Positions 44,586 to 59,182 of a stretch of DNA of 64,000 bases are shown piece after piece. The first letter of the stretch is position 1. Each line of letters opens with the position of its first letter. Below the pieces are notes generated by a model. That model did not search any database, was not told the origin of the DNA, and saw only the letters and a list, made by a program, of their open reading frames with translations. The DNA is taken from the NCBI GenBank assembly GCA_046563655.1, contig CM102285.1, forward strand, positions 2,604,001 through 2,668,000, given 5' to 3'. The position numbers and the translations under genes are program-made. Origin of the DNA: Yuukianura sp. NJ FZ-2021. Its lineage: Eukaryota.

Positions 44586-44656
44586 CCTTTCGGTCTTCAC
44601 TGTAGGCCTTGATGTAAAAATAAATTGTCATAAGGCACGCGGTGAATGCCAAAAGC
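44586..44656 (+). ncRNA. mir-124: pre-mir-124 microRNA hairpin; mature miR-124-3p at 44631-44652
   Basis: The exact conserved mature sequence TAAGGCACGCGGTGAATGCCAA is present. The complementary 5' arm ggtcttcactgtaggccttgatg (44592-44614) sits across an AT-rich loop, with a cttt/aaag lower stem. Confidence 0.97.
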
Positions 44657-47600
44657 GGTGTCACGGACTCCAGCGATTTGTTTGCGTCGTCATTACTGCC
44701 GTTCTTCTGTCGCTATCCCGAAGCTACGCAATTTATTCGGTGTGCTCCAGGCTTAAAGTCTCTCGCCACACACGTCAACTTCAAAATTATTAAGTGTGTG
44801 GCAGCCAGAAGAGTGAATAAACACCAATCTCAGTCTGTGAAACAGTACATCACTTTTTTTTAAATTTGTCACAGTAGGTGTGAAAATTTTTACCAAATTT
44901 TTTAAAAACTTTTTATGCAAAGAATTTGTTAAAAACATACAAGAATATTCTTATTCTCTTCTAGTGTGTTGAAATATGTGCTAACGTTTGGTATTGCTTA
45001 TCAGTTGTTCTGTACATGCGAGTGTACTTCAGAAAAGTAAAAATTGTATTTACATTTTAGTAGAGATCACACACAATGTTAATCAAACTTTTTTTATTGC
45101 TTGTATTTTGAAACATTGAAATTCAAAAGAAACTTTATATCACATTTCCTCCTGCTGTTTTAAGTCTATAGGGTTTACTTTGTCGTTTTTCCGTTTTTTT
45201 ACGAATATGAAAATATGTAAAAATTTCAAATGTTTCTTTCGCGCAATTTCCTTGTTGGAAACAAAAGGAGAAAACAGGAACGGAAAAGTGAAAGTTTTGA
45301 ATAAAAAGTTTATTGCCTCTTCAGCCATTGCGTTTTTACTTTAACTTCCTCTGTCTGTCAGGAAGGAGGAATATATGATGATGCACGACCTTGTCCAAGT
45401 ATAAGACGCAGAGTCCGGCGTCGTCTCGACTCCCTTAATACTTCCTCAAGATTATGGGCGGGAATATTTGAATTATGGTTGTTCATAGTCTAAAGGCTCC
45501 TCCCTTGAGTCGCTGCAGGGGACACGGGGGCGGGGACGCGGTAACGTCTTTTACGCGTTTCCATTTTCCTTAACTAAAACCTAAAACTTGGTGAAAGTTC
45601 TTGTGTGCCAATATAAGCAATTCTCTCTCTAAACCTAACCTAACATTTTTTCCCGCTTTTTTCTCTCTTTCAAAGAAAAAGTGCAGAGGGAGTCAATAAA
45701 ATGGTCCAAATGGAAGGGAAGCTGAGGACAGCACATACTTTTATTTTTTGTCACTTGTAAGCAATGCTACGCCGTTTCTAAAATATTGTTGTCTCAGGAA
45801 GCAGTAGCATCCTGCGTTCCTTCCCTTGTGCAGCACTCTACTTCTGCACTCCAAACGGGCGGGAAATTTTGAAAACGTGAGCTCATAAATTATTCCTTAA
45901 TTGACTATTTGGAGAAAACATTTCATAAAAAAAGACCGCGTCCTTAGAACTTTTCTTTTCTTCTTTAGAGTTATGCTTCCACTTTACCACCGCTGTCAAC
46001 TTTTTTGGAGTCCAGGCAGTGTTAGAATCAGCAGAGCTAGTGTTAGAACTGTACACAAAAATTAATTCGTTCGAGTAAAAAAAATGTCCAGAAAAAGTTT
46101 TTGTTCTAGTAAATTTGGCAGTAATTTCAAAAGTTTCCAAAAAAATGGACCACTTTCACGCCAGGCCAGACCGAGGAAGCCTTTAAGGCTGGTTCATACT
46201 TTTTCCCAAAACTAATTTTTTTGGTGAGTTTTTGTTTTCAGAAATTTTTGGACGTGCTTAATATCTTTTGACCACATTATTAACGCTTCTCGGAAGAGAG
46301 ACATGCAACGGACTACTTCGTTGATTTTGACACGGCGGTTCTCCCTCCTGGACAAAGTGTGTGAAAATTTTGAACAGTCCCGCCAGTCCTTTCTCTTCCA
46401 GTATCATCAATATTCGGGCATGATTAATGGCCTTTCTCCTTCCGACAGCCTTTGGTCCAAAGTTTAGACACACATGGAACATGAAGGGAACTCATGGAAG
46501 CTAGGCGCTTTACGTCTTTTGGCGTTCTTTACTTCATCTCCGCTTTTATTTGCAGAGTAACTTGAATTGAAGGCGCTCAACTCCAAAAACAAAACTGCCA
46601 GCTACGGCTAAAGAAGGATTTCCGGAGGATGAACGTTGTCTTTCTATGATCAGAATAAACGAACGATACACACTCACACATCGCCTTTCAAAAGAAACTG
46701 AATTGAGTTTTCAATTTTCCCGCCACGCCGCGCACAACTCTTCCGTTTTTAATTAAAAGTTAAGCTCTTACCTGCCCCTAATCAGCAAACGGCTTGGCTA
46801 ATTTTTTTATCATAGCATTTTAGCTTCCGTCTTTTCCTTGTCGTAGACATTTCTCTTTTCCCGTTCAAATTTTACGCGCGCAAATTTTCTTCTTCAAATT
46901 TTTTTTTATATTTTAGTTTCAAAAATTTAACGCTGGTTGTACCCTGAATTATTTTCGTTCAAATTTTTTATGGAATGTTGTTTGGTAAAACAAAAAGATA
47001 AACGTAATTTGAGTACGAAAAATCGAAATTTTATATAGCACGGTGCGAACGTTATTTCAAAAAAATTTCGCTCATTTTCTACGAATGGAAAATTCTATAA
47101 TGGTAATTGCAAAGCTACCAGAGAATGAGATTTGAATTTCAGTGAAAAAAAAGAGAAATGAACGTTTGCTGCTTATGTTGTAGAATGGAATTGCCTTAGT
47201 ATTTATACATGAAGGCTTCCATAACCTCCAGTTCTTAACGTCCTACCTCCTCCCTCTGAATTCAAATTCAAATGTCGGCGCGCTAATTTCGTTGCAGGCG
47301 GGTGGTTTGTCTGGTAGTGTGGTGGTGTATTTCGGTACTTTGGAAGTTAAAGTTCCTGCGTCTCAAATCGTCTCCTCAAATGCCTGCTGCGAGACCAATT
47401 TTCTCTCGACAAGGTTTCCTGGGAGTGAAAGTAAATTGTGGATCATTTTCTTCTATTTCCCGCGCTTTTCCTCTTTTCTTCCATTTCTGATCTCATGCTT
47501 CCCAGATTAGAAGATAAAGAATCCTTGCTGCTTCCTGCTGCTTTTTCCAGTAAGCAGCAGTAGTTCTCGTGTCTGAGAAACATTGGTAGCTTTCACCTAG

Positions 47601-50348
47601 TTGCGAGCTAACTGAGACTAGACGAAACAAGTCGTACTGTAGAGAGAAACTCAATGGAGAAATTACTCACTGGGGTACAATTCCCTTCAAGATTAAAACC
47701 ACAACTCAATACACTCTGATTATACACGTATTGGGTTCCACCAACAAGGAGCAAGAAGCGGCGCAATTTTACGTCACAACCACAAAACTTTCGTAATCGG
47801 AAAATTTTGTGACGTAACATCACGACTTTCAGTCCGCAGATATTTCGCGCAGCTATCAGACTGTTTACTTTAAAATTGCATGTCGAAACGCCAATTTCGT
47901 CTAATGAACCACGGTTTATACATTTCGTTTATGATGTTCATGGACGGATTAATCCGGACGGGTTCCAGCGGACGGATTCCGGTGGACGGATTTCTGATAA
48001 CTAACTGTTTTGGACGGTTCAGGTGACGAAAATAGCCTAACATATTTACGATTGCTAGCGTAGGCAATCTAGCATTGTGTGAATCTCTTGGCGATGCTAT
48101 CGCAATTTCAAAACTGAAAACGACACAAAGCACTTTGCTTGATTTTCAAAAGTGGAGTTTTCTCTTTGTTTTCTAAAACAATCGTAGTTCAAACATGCCA
48201 GAGAAGAATAAGTATCCTCATCACACTTCAGTCAAACGCAAACTACCGACCCTGCATTTTAGAACAGTCATTTTGAAAATTGGCGCCTTCTTGACAGAAA
48301 TGGCGCTCAAGTTGAGAAAAGGTGAGTAACGAACCATCATCTGCAGATGAAGTGAAGAGAGAAACTTTGTAGTTCCCGAGAGAGCTCGTTTTTGACAGAA
48401 GACAAATATTTGGAGGCGGAAGAATTCAAATTAAGCCTTTCTCTTCACTACAGAGCCACTACAATAACTTAAGCTCAGTTTCCACATTTGTTTTGAAGGA
48501 TTTTCAACTGCTCATTAAGCTACGAGGGAAAAGCTTTTCACCAAAATCTTCTTATGGACTTTCAAGTTTTCAAAAACTGAAAGTCCGGAGGGAAATTACA
48601 ATATTCCTTTGTGATGTCCAACCGTTAGAGTTGTGCTCAGTTTCAGCTGAAAAGTTGTTCAAAAACAATCCACTTCAATTCTATACAGTCTAAACATAGG
48701 TCTAACCATGGAGAAAAGGAAATCCTCCACTATGATATTAAATACATTTCAAAAATATAAACCTTTCCCGCTCTCTTTCTCTAGTTTTAGTTGTTTTTGC
48801 TTCTGCCAGACAAGCCGCAGCAGTTGGTACTTCGCAGACTTATGGAAAGAAATCATAGAAAACTTTCTCCTGTTCCTTCAAAGTTGTGTTTTTCCTTGCG
48901 AACCAACTGGTTGGAAGGCTAGGTTGAACTTTCTTCCTTCTCCTCCTCTCGTCCTAATCAAAACAGAAATTGAGAAAAGTCTCAAGAACTTTTTGAGTCC
49001 TTGGGGCATTTTGAGCCAGATCTCCAATAATTTCATATTCAGCCAACCGAGGAAAGTGGAGTTCTGCGCCGACTCCAAGAAAGAACGGCTCTACCAACTC
49101 CTAAGCCAATTACGTCTATTTTCATTATGGAAGGAATTGAAGGTGGCCCCAGTGGCACTGAAAGGTCGTGCAATATTAACTTCACTCAAAAAACGTCCAA
49201 ACGATCTTCCTTCCTTGAAAAATTGTCGAGATGATTCATAAATTTTTTACTTTCAATTTCTTCATTTTTCCAAAATTTGAAGAAAAAACTCTCTACGTTC
49301 CTTTCGCCATAGTTTGTAGATGGAGCAAATTTGGGCACACGATTTTCTACTAAACATAATTAGCTAATCACTATTTGTTAAATTAGCATTTAAATTTTAA
49401 AGTTTTATGAAAAATTATGTATGAAGTGAACGCTGTAGTAATTCATAGGCTTGAAGAATTTACAATTTGGAGTGAGTGAGTGCCAAGTAGGATTTTATGC
49501 CAAATAAACAACGAAATGGAATCTGTTTGGATGTTTATTTGGTATTTGCAAATTGTACTTTTAACATTGAAGTGCTGCAACTTTTAAAATTGGACTCAAC
49601 CAAAGGAACAAGCCATTCAACCGGATAAATGCGTGTTCAAAAATAAAAAGAAACGTTAAGAAAAGCAAGAAGTACAAAATTTTGATAAAACCGGTTTTAT
49701 GAAAACTATGATAGGCAAGGATGTAAACTATGATGAAATTAGAATCAATATTTCCTCTGAAGAGCCAGTAATAATTGTAGGAGAATGGCCCAAGGGCAAT
49801 TTCAAAATACACTTTGCTTATGGAAATTCTCGAAAGCCTAAAATTTTGATTTTGAGTGCTGGAAATCCACAAGAGGAGAAAGGACGGATGCAAATATTTG
49901 AGTGATTTGAAGTTGTTCGAAACCCAAATGCCTTGGGGCCAGAATTCATCAGGACGGAACAGTTTCAATATTATTTACTTTCAAGACGAGGGAAATCTGG
50001 ACTAGTGTAGGTTGGAGCGTGGAGTTAGAACATGGAGAATATTATTTTGGATGTTGTAGAGAAAGTAGGGAGAAAGTTCCCGAGAGTAGAAGAAGGGAGA
50101 GACCCTCCTATTTCCCAGAATGCGGATCAATAACCAGGGATCTCACTTTCCACCAGCCTCCAGCATCCAGCATCCTGGAAAGACTTGGTCCAAATTAGAC
50201 TCTTCCTCATCCCTTTGATCCCATCTGCCTAGGATGGGGAACAGTGGAGCCAAAACCACAAAAGCAGAGGAGGGAAATTAGAATTTTCAAAACCACTTCC
50301 ATATACTTTAGTTACTCTTTAATAACAATGCAATTGGGGAACCACACG

Positions 50349-50406
50349 CAAAATTTGAGGAGAATGTTCAAAATTTGAGGAAAAGTTCAAAATTTGAGGG
50401 AAAGTT
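50349..50406. repeat. Three tandem copies of a 19-20 bp unit
   Basis: caaaatttgaggagaatgtt / caaaatttgaggaaaagtt / caaaatttgagggaaagtt. Confidence 0.75.
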
Positions 50407-53400
50407 GAACTTTATAACAAGCTGTCATAGGATACGTTGACCTAACCTCAGATTCAAAATTCTAAATTCAACTGTTCGCGTTCTTAACATGTTATAACGT
50501 AAAGAAAAAAAAAGAAGTTTAGCAAACCGTATTAAAAACAGTTTTAAAAAATTGAGTTGTAAATTAAGTAAAAATCAATTCCGGATGCTACAGTAATTGT
50601 ATTTAAGATTAGAAATTTTATGCAGATTTGCAGCCATCAAGTAGTCGAAAAAATTGTAAGCTTTCATCTAAATTATATTTGCGGGTAATTGTACATCCTG
50701 CCAATCAAAATTTCGAATTTGCTTTTTATTTCTTGTTGGAAATTGGAAATTTGTCAGGATTTTGTTGGGTAATGCAAACCACATATCAGAAATGAGAAAC
50801 CAATATTCTAGAATTCTACATTCAGACAGCGCTCGTAAGACTTTCTCTCTAATCAGATCAGTTTCAGATGAATTCGAAATGTCCTGGATTTAACTGGGAA
50901 AAGCAAAAGCCACCGGCACAAAATTTCCTACCATAGCAGAAATAGAGAGAGAGCTCAATTTCCATTTAAATCAAGAGCATGTACGATGTGTAGGCTTCCA
51001 GCTCTTCTCTTAAACCATTTCATTTTCGGTGGGAATTTATAAAAATGGAAAATAGTTTTGCCTCTTACGTATAGCCGTTAGATTAAAAAGTTAGTAGCAT
51101 GATTAGGTTAGGCCTCTAGCTCTAATATGGAGTGTGAGACTCAAAACTGAATCTATTATTGATATTTTTAAATTCAAATTGTGCTGGAGCTGTCACTTGA
51201 AATCAAGCTCCGTGGAACTGAACTGGCGCATGAGCAGTTCCCAGAATCTGAAATGAAAATTAAAATGAAAAAAATGGAAAATAATAAGTTTCTCTACTAA
51301 CTGTTAAAACCGCAGCGGTAGCCACAACCACTGAATGAGCCAGAAATGGAAATTTTTTTAGACTTTTTCTTTCTCCCGAGTGAAATTCCAACAAGAAAGT
51401 CGGCTTTCACCTTTAAATTATTCATTTATTTCAAAACGGAAAAGGCTTTAAGTTTTACTGGTCCTAAATTTCTCATCATCATCATCCGGCGGGAAAGGGG
51501 TAGAAAGAGGAAACATTTGAAAAAAAAATTCAAAATGTCTAACTTTTTTTTTGCGTTTTCTCTACAACTTGGAGAAGAATTTATAAATTCTGAAATTCTA
51601 AAAAAGAGAGTCCTATTTCCATAAAATTAAAATTCATGGAGGAATTAAATCGGAGAAAAAATTAGGCGTAGGGAGGCATTTAGAAACGGGACTCTAATCC
51701 CAATTGTTTTCATTTCCTTTGTGCTTTTAGGCAGATGAGAGTCCTGCGCCGCCCAAAAGAAAAAATAATATCCGAGACCCAATCAAATTCGTTCCTCTAC
51801 ACTTACCAGCGCCACTTTCAAAAATAAATGAAAGTAAAGTGGAACGTTAAGGTTCTTGAGCAACTAGACTTTATTCCTTTGATCCTCCATTTTGCCTAAG
51901 CGTCTCTTCATGACTGTCGCTTTCAAGTTATGTCCTTTAGGCAGGAAGACTCCGAGAAAAGTCACAAAGAAACCAACGGCTCAGCATAAAAAATTAGAAG
52001 TCGTAGGCGGGCGGCGGAAAGATTCAAAATGGCTTTGAAATGGTTCAGCCAACTGAAGTCACAAGAAAATGACAAAGAATGAAAATGAAAAAGCAAAATG
52101 ACATTTCTCAACTCATCCGCCCATCTCTCACACCTTGACGTTAAGGAAACATGCTTCCAGAATATTCAATTTGAAAAGAAAATAAATTCTGAAAACGGAC
52201 AGCAGTAAAAATAATTTTTTTGTGTCTACCTCATCCAGGTTAATTCTGAACCTGAAGAAAATGCCTTTCGAATTTAAGATTCAACGTACATTGAGAAAAC
52301 CAAAAATGCAAAATCCCACGTAGTAACACGTTTTTTGTGAAAACAGCACAATTTTGACGTTTTCGCATTCAAAATTTCAAAATTTTCAAAAGAAATAAAC
52401 TCAATCCAAAAGCACGACTAAATATTGAAAACCAATTCAAATTACCGTATTGTTTTGTTTTATTTGAAACAGTTCCTAGAAAAATTTACAACAAAATTAA
52501 ACTACCATTTTAGCAAATCCATCTATTTAATTTCTTAGCAGTAAGTGAATTTCGAATCTGAATTACGATTTGCAAAAAGACTTCGTTGGGTAATGTTCGA
52601 ATTAAGCTACTTTCAAATTATAAAATTTATTTATTAATACTTAATCTTTGTAACTTCAGTTTTCAACCAATACTTTACTAAAACCGAGGTGAAAGGTTCG
52701 CAATGTGATCAAACTCCAGAATACCCGCCGATTTTCGAACTTGTCGTTCTGCGACTCTTCCATGTCCAAGAGCCTTTACGAATCGCGTGTTCCCTCACTC
52801 ATCCCTTCTTGGCATTATCATATTCAATTTCTCAATTGTTATCCTCAGTACACACACATGAGCTCAGAAAAGAGGGAAGTTACCCTAACCCAACCTCAAT
52901 TTCAAGTTGAATGGAGGGAGCACACAGCATCTTCGTTTTCAATTTATTTTTCCTCCGCTTTTTTGAAGTGTAAGCTGAGGGGAGAAAGTGTTTTCTGTAG
53001 TGGAGCTAGGAGGAAAGTCTCTTGTTGTTGTTATATTACATTGCAGATTCTTTGCCTCATTTCCCTTTCTGATTGTATCCATCTATTTTTGTAAGGGTTT
53101 TGGAAGAAGATGCCCACCTCTGAAGGTTCTCATCCCTCCAAGCTACTACAGCCTCAAATCTAATCCAAAATTCAACCCAGCACTTTCACCAAACCAAATG
53201 ATGTTGTAATTTTGAAATTCGAAAAGTGTCGACTTTCACCGCAACATTTTCCAAAACCGAGCTTCAGCGTTGGAAAGAGAGTCAAGTTGAGTAGAAAGCG
53301 GAGCACAACTCTAACCGCTTTCTTGAGGTTGCTTTTTCCAAGTTTTTGGAATTAGTGTGGCGGCGGCGTAGTAAGAAGAGGAAAGTTTTTGGCGGTTACA

Positions 53401-56400
53401 GGAAAGAAAAAAGACTTTTCTAAACTCATAATTCACTGGGTAGAGAATCCCATTTAAGAAGAAATCTTACTTCCGCACCCGATTTTCAAAACAGCCTTAC
53501 CGTGAGACATGAGACTTTAATGTGTTTCTTAAACAGCCTTTTTCTCATTCCGTTACCGGTTCATACTGTAATGGACTTTCGCCAAGAAGCAGGAAGCACG
53601 AAAATGAGTTTCTCCATACCCAGCTGAGGGTGTGCGGATTATACGAAATGCGTCTTATACTACAAATTTACGCCAAGTCATATTACGCTAAACTTGTCCA
53701 ATGTTGTGCTCCAAAAGTAACATTATGAGCAAAACTGTGAAGTCTGGGAGTGCGCACTATACAACAAAAAGTTTTCATCACGCACCTAAAGTGCATTGTA
53801 ATTCTTTATTCTACTTATGAAACTCGGTGGATTGATGTTGGATAACTGATGACGCTGTAAATTCAAAATTCATCAAGTCTTAAGGTGGGATGCGCGTTAT
53901 ACAAAATAGAAAAGAGAAATGGATTTTCATTTGCGTGTGATGCGTGGGCGGAGGCTTTCTCCTACATGCAAGCCAATATGAAAAGCCTTATTACCCAGAA
54001 AGGCTTGTCCACTTTTTAGAGACAAAAAACGTGTGGGTTGGGCATGTGTTTGAAGCTTGTAAAAACAGAAACCCGGCGAGAAGCCAATCCCTAGAAACCA
54101 GCGGTGAAAGCTTTTCACCAATTTGAATAATAGAAAAGTTTTTTCAGAATTTTGGAAAAATGAGAAAGAACAAAATGGAAAGTCATGCCTTTGGGTGACA
54201 GGTTTGACAGTTTCCAATGAATTCCATATCTCTCCTCATGCCCTCTTTCCTTAAAGAAAAGAGGCAAGGCCAAGAGGCTTTGGAACATGTTTGAGACAGA
54301 TAACATGAGAAAAAGGGGGAGGGTGACAGTAAGACGTTGGTCGTCTTATACAAAAAGTTTTTTGAAAAGCTGGAGCATGCGCTGCCTGCAGCAATGATCC
54401 GTTCCTTCCAAATTTGAATTTTGCTGTGATAAATGTTTTCCAATTTTTCAAAGTTCTTGTTCAATTTCTGTATTTTCAACACCCATCATTTTTCAACATT
54501 AAAAAATAAAATGTCAGGGATGAATTATTTCAAATTTTTGGCATTTTCTTTTTAAATAAAAAAAAAACGAAACTTTTTCAAATTAGGCGTTCTGTATGGT
54601 TAACAATTTGCAGTTTTCTGTGCGTTAGAGCTTCGGTGTGGTTATAAAATCTATTCAATCGACGAAATGTTTGAGTTTAGAAGAAAAAAATGGAACTCGG
54701 AGCTTAGAAATCCAATTTGAATGATGAATTCGGTAGAAGATTTTGGACCTTTTGAAAATTTGAACTGGAAAGTACGCGCGCGAGATTTGAAATTGGTTAG
54801 GTTTAGTGCTTTCCGATGATTTCGAATAGAGGGAGAGATGGAGAAAGCACTAGGCTCTTTTAAGCTTTCTAAAGTTTTAGAAGGTTCCAAAATCCTAGCC
54901 TTACTAGGGAGCAGGAGAAAAGTATCGACCCGGGAGTCGTCACTTGAGCAACGTCTTCCCTTAAACTTTCTCCTTTGAACGCTTCTTTTGCTGAAAGATG
55001 AAAATCTGGGAGAGGGAAACTTGAATTGGAATTATAATGTGAGGAGCGAACACACAAGCGTCTTCGCTTTCTCCATCGTCTTAATGTTACTCACATTTGA
55101 ACCCTCCCACTCTTTCCTCGCTCCAAAAGCCTCATAATTCCCCAGAAGGCTCCATTTTTATTTTCCCGCCAGACGTTGTGGGGCCGCTCTTCGTCTGACC
55201 TTGAGCTCCTTCCTCGAAAGCATTAACTACACAGTGTTAAGCCTTGGCAACACCTAAAAGCTGCGCCATCTACTTTTTCTTTCTTCAAGAAAAAATGCCT
55301 GATTACGGTTTGGTAATTTGTTAAGTTCCATATTTTTGTTTCAAAAGTTTGTGTTTAATCGTTCATTTTTGGTTTAAAAGTTTCTTATTATTTTCATTTT
55401 TTCTTCTTCAAAATTCTGCTTAATTACTCTCATTCGTTATTTGAAACGATTTTGAAAATTATTCCAGATTTCTATTTTTTTTAAATTCTCAATTTGCTCT
55501 CTCTCCGGCAATAAAACATAAATTGTGTGCTAAGCAGTAGCATAGAAGTCAAATTTGAAAATTTTTGATTTTGAAAATTTGAATTTTTGATTTCGAAATT
55601 GAAGTGAACCATGCAATATTTGAAGTCCATCTTGTTGAGAAAGTTGCATGCAAAAAGTTTCTTTGTGTTGACCCTTGGGACTGTTCCAAGTCCCACATGG
55701 AAATGCTTTCAACAAGAATAAATCGAAAACCCGTCTTCACCCAAGTGAAAACCGGGAGGGAAAAGTACACGGATGAGTCGATTTTAAACTTTCCCGCTTG
55801 CAACGCTGCCACATTTTTTCTTGGCTAGTTTTTTTTTTCGTAGTCGCGTGCTTCTCACGAACTAGCTCTTAACTTTCATGAGAAAGACAATGAAGGGCTA
55901 GCATGGTTTGAAGGTGTGGCAAAAGCGGCACAGTGCCAACCAGCAGAACCGCAGTTCGACATAAGACTTTCATCAACTTGTGCGTTCCACGCCTCTCTGC
56001 CTTCCTCCTTCTTCTTCCAGTCCACTTCACTCCGTTCCATGTGTTCCAATTCCCTGCCACTCTTAATTGCCAACTGGAATTTTTTTGGTCAAGTAAATAG
56101 ATCGACCGACGTGAGGTTAGGTTGGACTTGGTTCGAGAGAGCGTGAGAAAAGAAAACGAAAGAAAAGAGCGGCTTCATCTTCATTTCGATGTGTCGGAGG
56201 GGAAAGGAAAGACGTGTGAGCAGCAGAAACTTGGAAGAAAGAGAAAATGATGAAAAACTTTCTCTTTTCTTTTTTCAAGGAAATTGGGATTTCGATTGTG
56301 TGCAGGAAAGCGCCAAAGATTTTGAAAAGGAGCGCGCTCACCACAAAACCACTGCTGGAAATTTTACCCGTAGACATCGCCTAGGCACACACACTTGAGT

Positions 56401-59182
56401 GACACTCAAAAGAAAAACTCAATCAAGTACAATTAGAAAATTAGAAAAGGTTGCGAGGGGAAGAGCCGCTTTTCAAGGGAATTGCGGGAGCTTTTCTTTG
56501 GAAAAACCTCAATTTGAGAGGACGCGCGGAAAGTTTAGAGAATGCACAAGAAATTGTGCAATCAGGCACTAAATTAATTTCTGAGATTAAGTTTACCGCT
56601 CTTGACGAGGAGCAGATTCAAAAACTTTTCCATTTTCAAGTCCCACTTGACCCGGAGGTTGTTGACCTCACAATGACATTTTCTTTTTCATTTTCTAGAG
56701 TGGAAAAATCTTATCAGCTCCATCTAGGCGTAAAAGTTCAAATTTAGTTTTTTTGAAACTTCTTTGAAATTTCAAGAGGTCAAACTCATATTACCGCTTT
56801 GCTTATTTTTGTTTCTTTCAATGCATCAACTTTCAATTGGAAAGATTTTACGCTTAGAGGTATTGCTGTACATAAATTTTATCGTGCATAAATTTCCGAG
56901 CACTTAAGTGTGTATTGGCACTGATATTCTGATGTATATGTTGTGTTATGCTTAGCTTATTTTTGCTTAGGCTAAGACATGGAATCCTCAGTTTTTTTTC
57001 CGGTTGGTTGTTCAAACTAAAAAAGAAAACTTTACAAATTTTTTAAAAGTTTTTGGCCAGATTTTTTAAAACTTTTGAAACTTTTCCAACATGCAGTGAA
57101 TTTAGCTTGTGAAAGAATTCAAGTTTTCGAGCCAAGTTTTTCCAGCTGTAGATAAACATACCGTAGTACCTGGTTGTGCTTGTTGTATTTTCGTGAGCGC
57201 TGGTGAATTTTGTTAAAGTTATGTTAGAGTTGCTTTTTGGTACTTATGGAGAAAGTAAAGGCAAAGAGAGATGCTGGGCCTATGATTACTACCTTAGTTG
57301 AATTCAGTTGAAGCGAAAAGGTTGGAGGGGGAGAGGGGGAGCGGACGGGTGGGAGTTTTTGAAAATGTAGAAGGTAGATTCTCCCGGGTACTTTCTTCCT
57401 CTTGCTCCGCTTTTGGTCCAAAACCCGGGAGAAAGCTCCATGGCAATGGAGGCTGCTGGCACAAGCACTCAGATGCATCATCATCTTCCGAGGTCGCCTT
57501 GGCTCTTACTCCCTTCCCTCACTATATACTAAAGCGCCAACGTTCGGAAGGAAGATGAAGATCGATATTTGCACACGTCCCTGTGCTTCCAGAAGCCTAA
57601 AAACCATCACTACCCGCCGTACAGCATCCGACGCACTCCCAACAGGCAAGGAAATAACCAAATTCGCTACATTCGCTAACTCAAAATTCAAATTTTGGCA
57701 AAATTCGTTTTCCGACTTTGATGAAATTTGAGTTTACCTCTGATGTTGAACACCCGTATTGAAAGGCTGGAAAAATGCTGTAACGAAATCAAGTGATTTT
57801 TATGTCCAATTTTATTAGTTTGCATTTATTTTCGAATTGAAATGAGTTTTTTCACCGCTACATTTGAAGCCAATAAGAAAACAGTAGCAAAGTGAAGATG
57901 ATTTTATAGGCAACAAAATGGGCAATCCGTTCAACGCAAACAGTAAAATTCTAACATCAACATTACTAATTCAGCACAGTTACCCTAAACCACGTACCAC
58001 CAAATTTCTTCAAAAAAAATTTTTTTGCGTTAAAAGGAAAAGGAAAAAACTTTCCAGTCTTGAAAACGGAATATTTTTATGCGAAAGTTTTTTACGCCAA
58101 AATGTTGTGAATATAAATTCAACAGAAATTTTTTACACAAGAAATGCTTGAGTCCAACTTTTTTTGACACATGCAATCACTAATATATAAACTTGCTGCT
58201 GCAATTGTAAAAACTGTAAAATTTTCAATTTGGTTTTAACTTCTGGTTATGAAAATCGAAAGTGGCCAAATATTTAACACAGTGACTTTAGCATCTGACG
58301 ATCATAGACAATGCTATTTGTATGAAGCAGGATTTAACGGTATGTAGCGGGCTTAGAGTTTTTTGAATTTCATGTTTAGCTGTCCAGACTGTCAAAACAA
58401 TTTCGTGGAGCTTACGGTATTAAGTTCGCTACAATGCAAAGTTGTTGCTTGTTGCAAACTTTTACCGCATCGTAGACTTTTTTTTTGAAAAATTTCAAAT
58501 TTTCCGCCTCCCGTCGGCATGGATATGGGGTAGGGGTTGGGGAATTTCATCTCCTTCCTTAATATCATCACCTCATCCTCCATAATTCCGAAATGATACT
58601 TGCATAGTGGACTTGTATTAAGATGCTTTCTCCCTCGGCCTTTCTCTCCATATTTACATTCGAGCTTTCTTCTTCCTCTGTACTTCAAAAGCCCTCGAGA
58701 GCTCCCTTAACTGGATGATGAATATGCAAAACCCTCTCATCTTCTTCCTCCATTTTCACCCGGGAGCGAAGGAACATTCCCAGGAACCGCCAAAAAAAAT
58801 TTAAATGAAAATTCACTGCAAAAGCTAATTTCCGCATGTTGCCAGGCTCCATGCTCTTTTATTCCCAGAAAACCCAAATCTGTGTTTACAAAGCTTACCT
58901 AAGTTGCAATATTCAATTTCTTCAAATTTCAAAACTTCCTTCAAAAGTAAATGCAAAATCAACATTTTCTGAGTAAACTAAAATGAAAACTAAAGTAAAC
59001 GAATGTATTTAACTTCCGTTCCGGATTACAAATTACAAAAGACAAAACTGACACCCTGAAGGCGGGATCAGAGTTTCAAAATTACTGTAATTTCGAAACT
59101 GTTTTGAACAGCACTTGAAAGTATCCAGTTTTCTTTAATTCCAAAAAACTTTGTCCAGAGGAGAAGCTTCAGCATGGGAGCC

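Noticed and set aside
27700-56150. Scattered Su(H)-type YGTGRGAA sites (e.g. 27715, 29428, 35380, 35805, 55852, 56142)
   Set aside because: The count is close to chance expectation for an 8-mer over 37 kb, and I saw no paired-site arrangement.
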